Shown here in pieces: positions 63,285 to 64,000 of a stretch of DNA of 64,000 nt. Source of the stretch: an uncultured Alphaproteobacteria bacterium. Its GTDB lineage: Bacteria > Pseudomonadota > Alphaproteobacteria > Rhodobacterales > Rhodobacteraceae. The notes under the pieces were generated by a model. It searched no databases, had not been told where the DNA came from, and was given only the letters and a program-made list of their open reading frames with translations. Position 1 is the stretch's first letter, and every line of letters starts with the position of its first letter. Both the position numbers and the translations under genes were made by a program. The stretch lies in assembly GCA_902540655.1 (NCBI GenBank), contig CACBNQ010000003.1:8599-72598 (forward strand), written 5' to 3'.

Positions 63285-64000
63285 TTAAATTTTACCTTCT
63301 GTTAAAAACACAAGAGCAAACGAGTCCTTATTTATCTCGAAAATTTGGTTTTCTGTGGCATACATCAAGGCTGCAATGCCTGCACCCCCGGAAGGGCTAG
63401 TTGTTATTCCAAAATCATTTATAAATTTCAGTTTTTTCTCGACATAATCATCTTCCAAGTGCATGAAATAATTGGCTGTCTTTGAAAGCGAATAAAATGC
63501 CGACCAGGATGGCTCTTTGCAATCTAAACGCCCCATTGTTGACACTTGGCCTTCGGCAACACTTGGTTTTTCATTTTGCAAAGACACAAACAAGGTCTTT
63601 GCTTGACTAGGCTCAACAACAATTATCTGTGCATCTTGCCTTAAAAACTTTCGAAGGGATAAGGCAATGGCAGCCGCAAATCCACCAACTCCTGCCTGCA
63701 AAAAAACATGTGTTATTTGATTTAAATTATGTGATGATAATTGTTTGCGAACCTCTTCACCTATAATCATGTATCCTTCCATAACATCAACGCCCGACTG
63801 ACAAGTTTCCCAAGTTGAGTCAGATAATAAAACATAATTATTCTTACGTGCATATTTTTCGGCCTCAATCATACTTACCTCGTAGGTATCCCCTTTAAAC
63901 TTGACATCTGCCCCTATGTTTTCAAGCTGATCTGCAAAAGCTTTAGGTACGTTCTTTGAAATAAAAACAATCGCATTTGCACCAAATAATTTAGCTCCTA
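63285..64000 (-). CDS. PLP-dependent beta-family enzyme (diaminopropionate ammonia-lyase/threonine-dehydratase-like), 5' end off the window
   Basis: The reading frame stays open upstream of the track Met (63872) to the window edge (...GAKLFGANAIVFISKNVP...). GVGGFAAA glycine loop and the SW..C....VMEGY block are typical of the fold-type II DAP ammonia-lyase group. Confidence 0.65.
   Translation of the reverse strand, partial: GAKLFGANAIVFISKNVPKAFADQLENIGADVKFKGDTYEVSMIEAEKYARKNNYVLLSDSTWETCQSGVDVMEGYMIIGEEVRKQLSSHNLNQITHVFLQAGVGGFAAAIALSLRKFLRQDAQIIVVEPSQAKTLFVSLQNEKPSVAEGQVSTMGRLDCKEPSWSAFYSLSKTANYFMHLEDDYVEKKLKFINDFGITTSPSGGAGIAALMYATENQIFEINKDSFALVFLTEGKI

Noticed and set aside
1-64000. 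rRNA, tRNA, CRISPR arrays, large tandem or inverted repeats
   Set aside because: I scanned the intergenic regions by eye. There are no tRNA T-arm signatures (GGTTCGAATCC-like), no regularly spaced repeats and no rRNA-like GC-rich structured blocks. Small dispersed repeats cannot be excluded without computation.

Overview
AT-rich, very gene-dense bacterial chromosome segment. Spacers are short and many start and stop codons overlap. I call about 57 protein-coding genes, 1 probable pseudogene, 2 clear intrinsic terminators and 1 promoter/operator candidate. I saw no rRNA, tRNA, CRISPR array, transposase, integrase or phage genes. All calls come from reading motifs in the ORF track and the DNA; no searches were run. 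Gene content (PhaR-type PHA regulation, the LcdH/CaiD carnitine genes, a DddP-like gene, ProXWV) suggests a streamlined marine proteobacterium, probably an alphaproteobacterium, but the taxon cannot be fixed from this window. Layout: (1) 0-5.4 kb, PQQ sugar dehydrogenase and a PHA granule locus (phaR, phasin, phaC, divergent phaZ). (2) 5.8-19 kb, four class III nucleotidyl cyclases, two of them tandem paralogues with an unrecognised N-terminal domain. They bracket a markedly lower-GC five-gene Dlt-like module (adenylating enzyme, SDR, carrier protein, SGNH/DltD-like protein, MBOAT) that is flanked by unusually long non-coding spacers. (3) 19.1-20.8 kb, a linalool-dehydratase/isomerase-like protein. 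(4) 20.8-26.5 kb, the four-gene ligase-associated DNA-damage module (PdeM, Lhr, beta-lactamase-fold exonuclease, ATP-dependent ligase). (5) 26.5-29.4 kb, a three-subunit split GltB-like enzyme (N-methylglutamate-synthase-like). (6) 30-38.7 kb, an ureohydrolase, an EF-hand exported protein and a seven-gene minus-strand operon (RidA, alpha/beta hydrolase, AA_synth family, ALDH, M19 dipeptidase, plus two tightly coupled proteins of 565 and 204 aa that I cannot assign). (7) 38.8-52.5 kb, a carnitine/gamma-butyrobetaine-type catabolic supercluster (ALDH, LLM oxidoreductase, CaiD, LcdH, BKACE, ACAD, ADP-forming CoA ligase, ProXWV, AMP-forming CoA ligase). (8) 52.5-64 kb, an EamA transporter, GDH, DsbA, an M20 peptidase, a DmsABC-like molybdoenzyme that lacks a Tat signal and is preceded by an orphan biotinyl/lipoyl-domain protein, a DddP-like M24 enzyme and a partial PLP enzyme. 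The best candidates for undescribed biology are the SDR-containing Dlt-like surface-acylation module, the 565/204-aa pair in the dipeptidase/ALDH operon, the Tat-less Mo-enzyme with its biotinyl-domain partner, and the novel sensor domain on the tandem cyclases.
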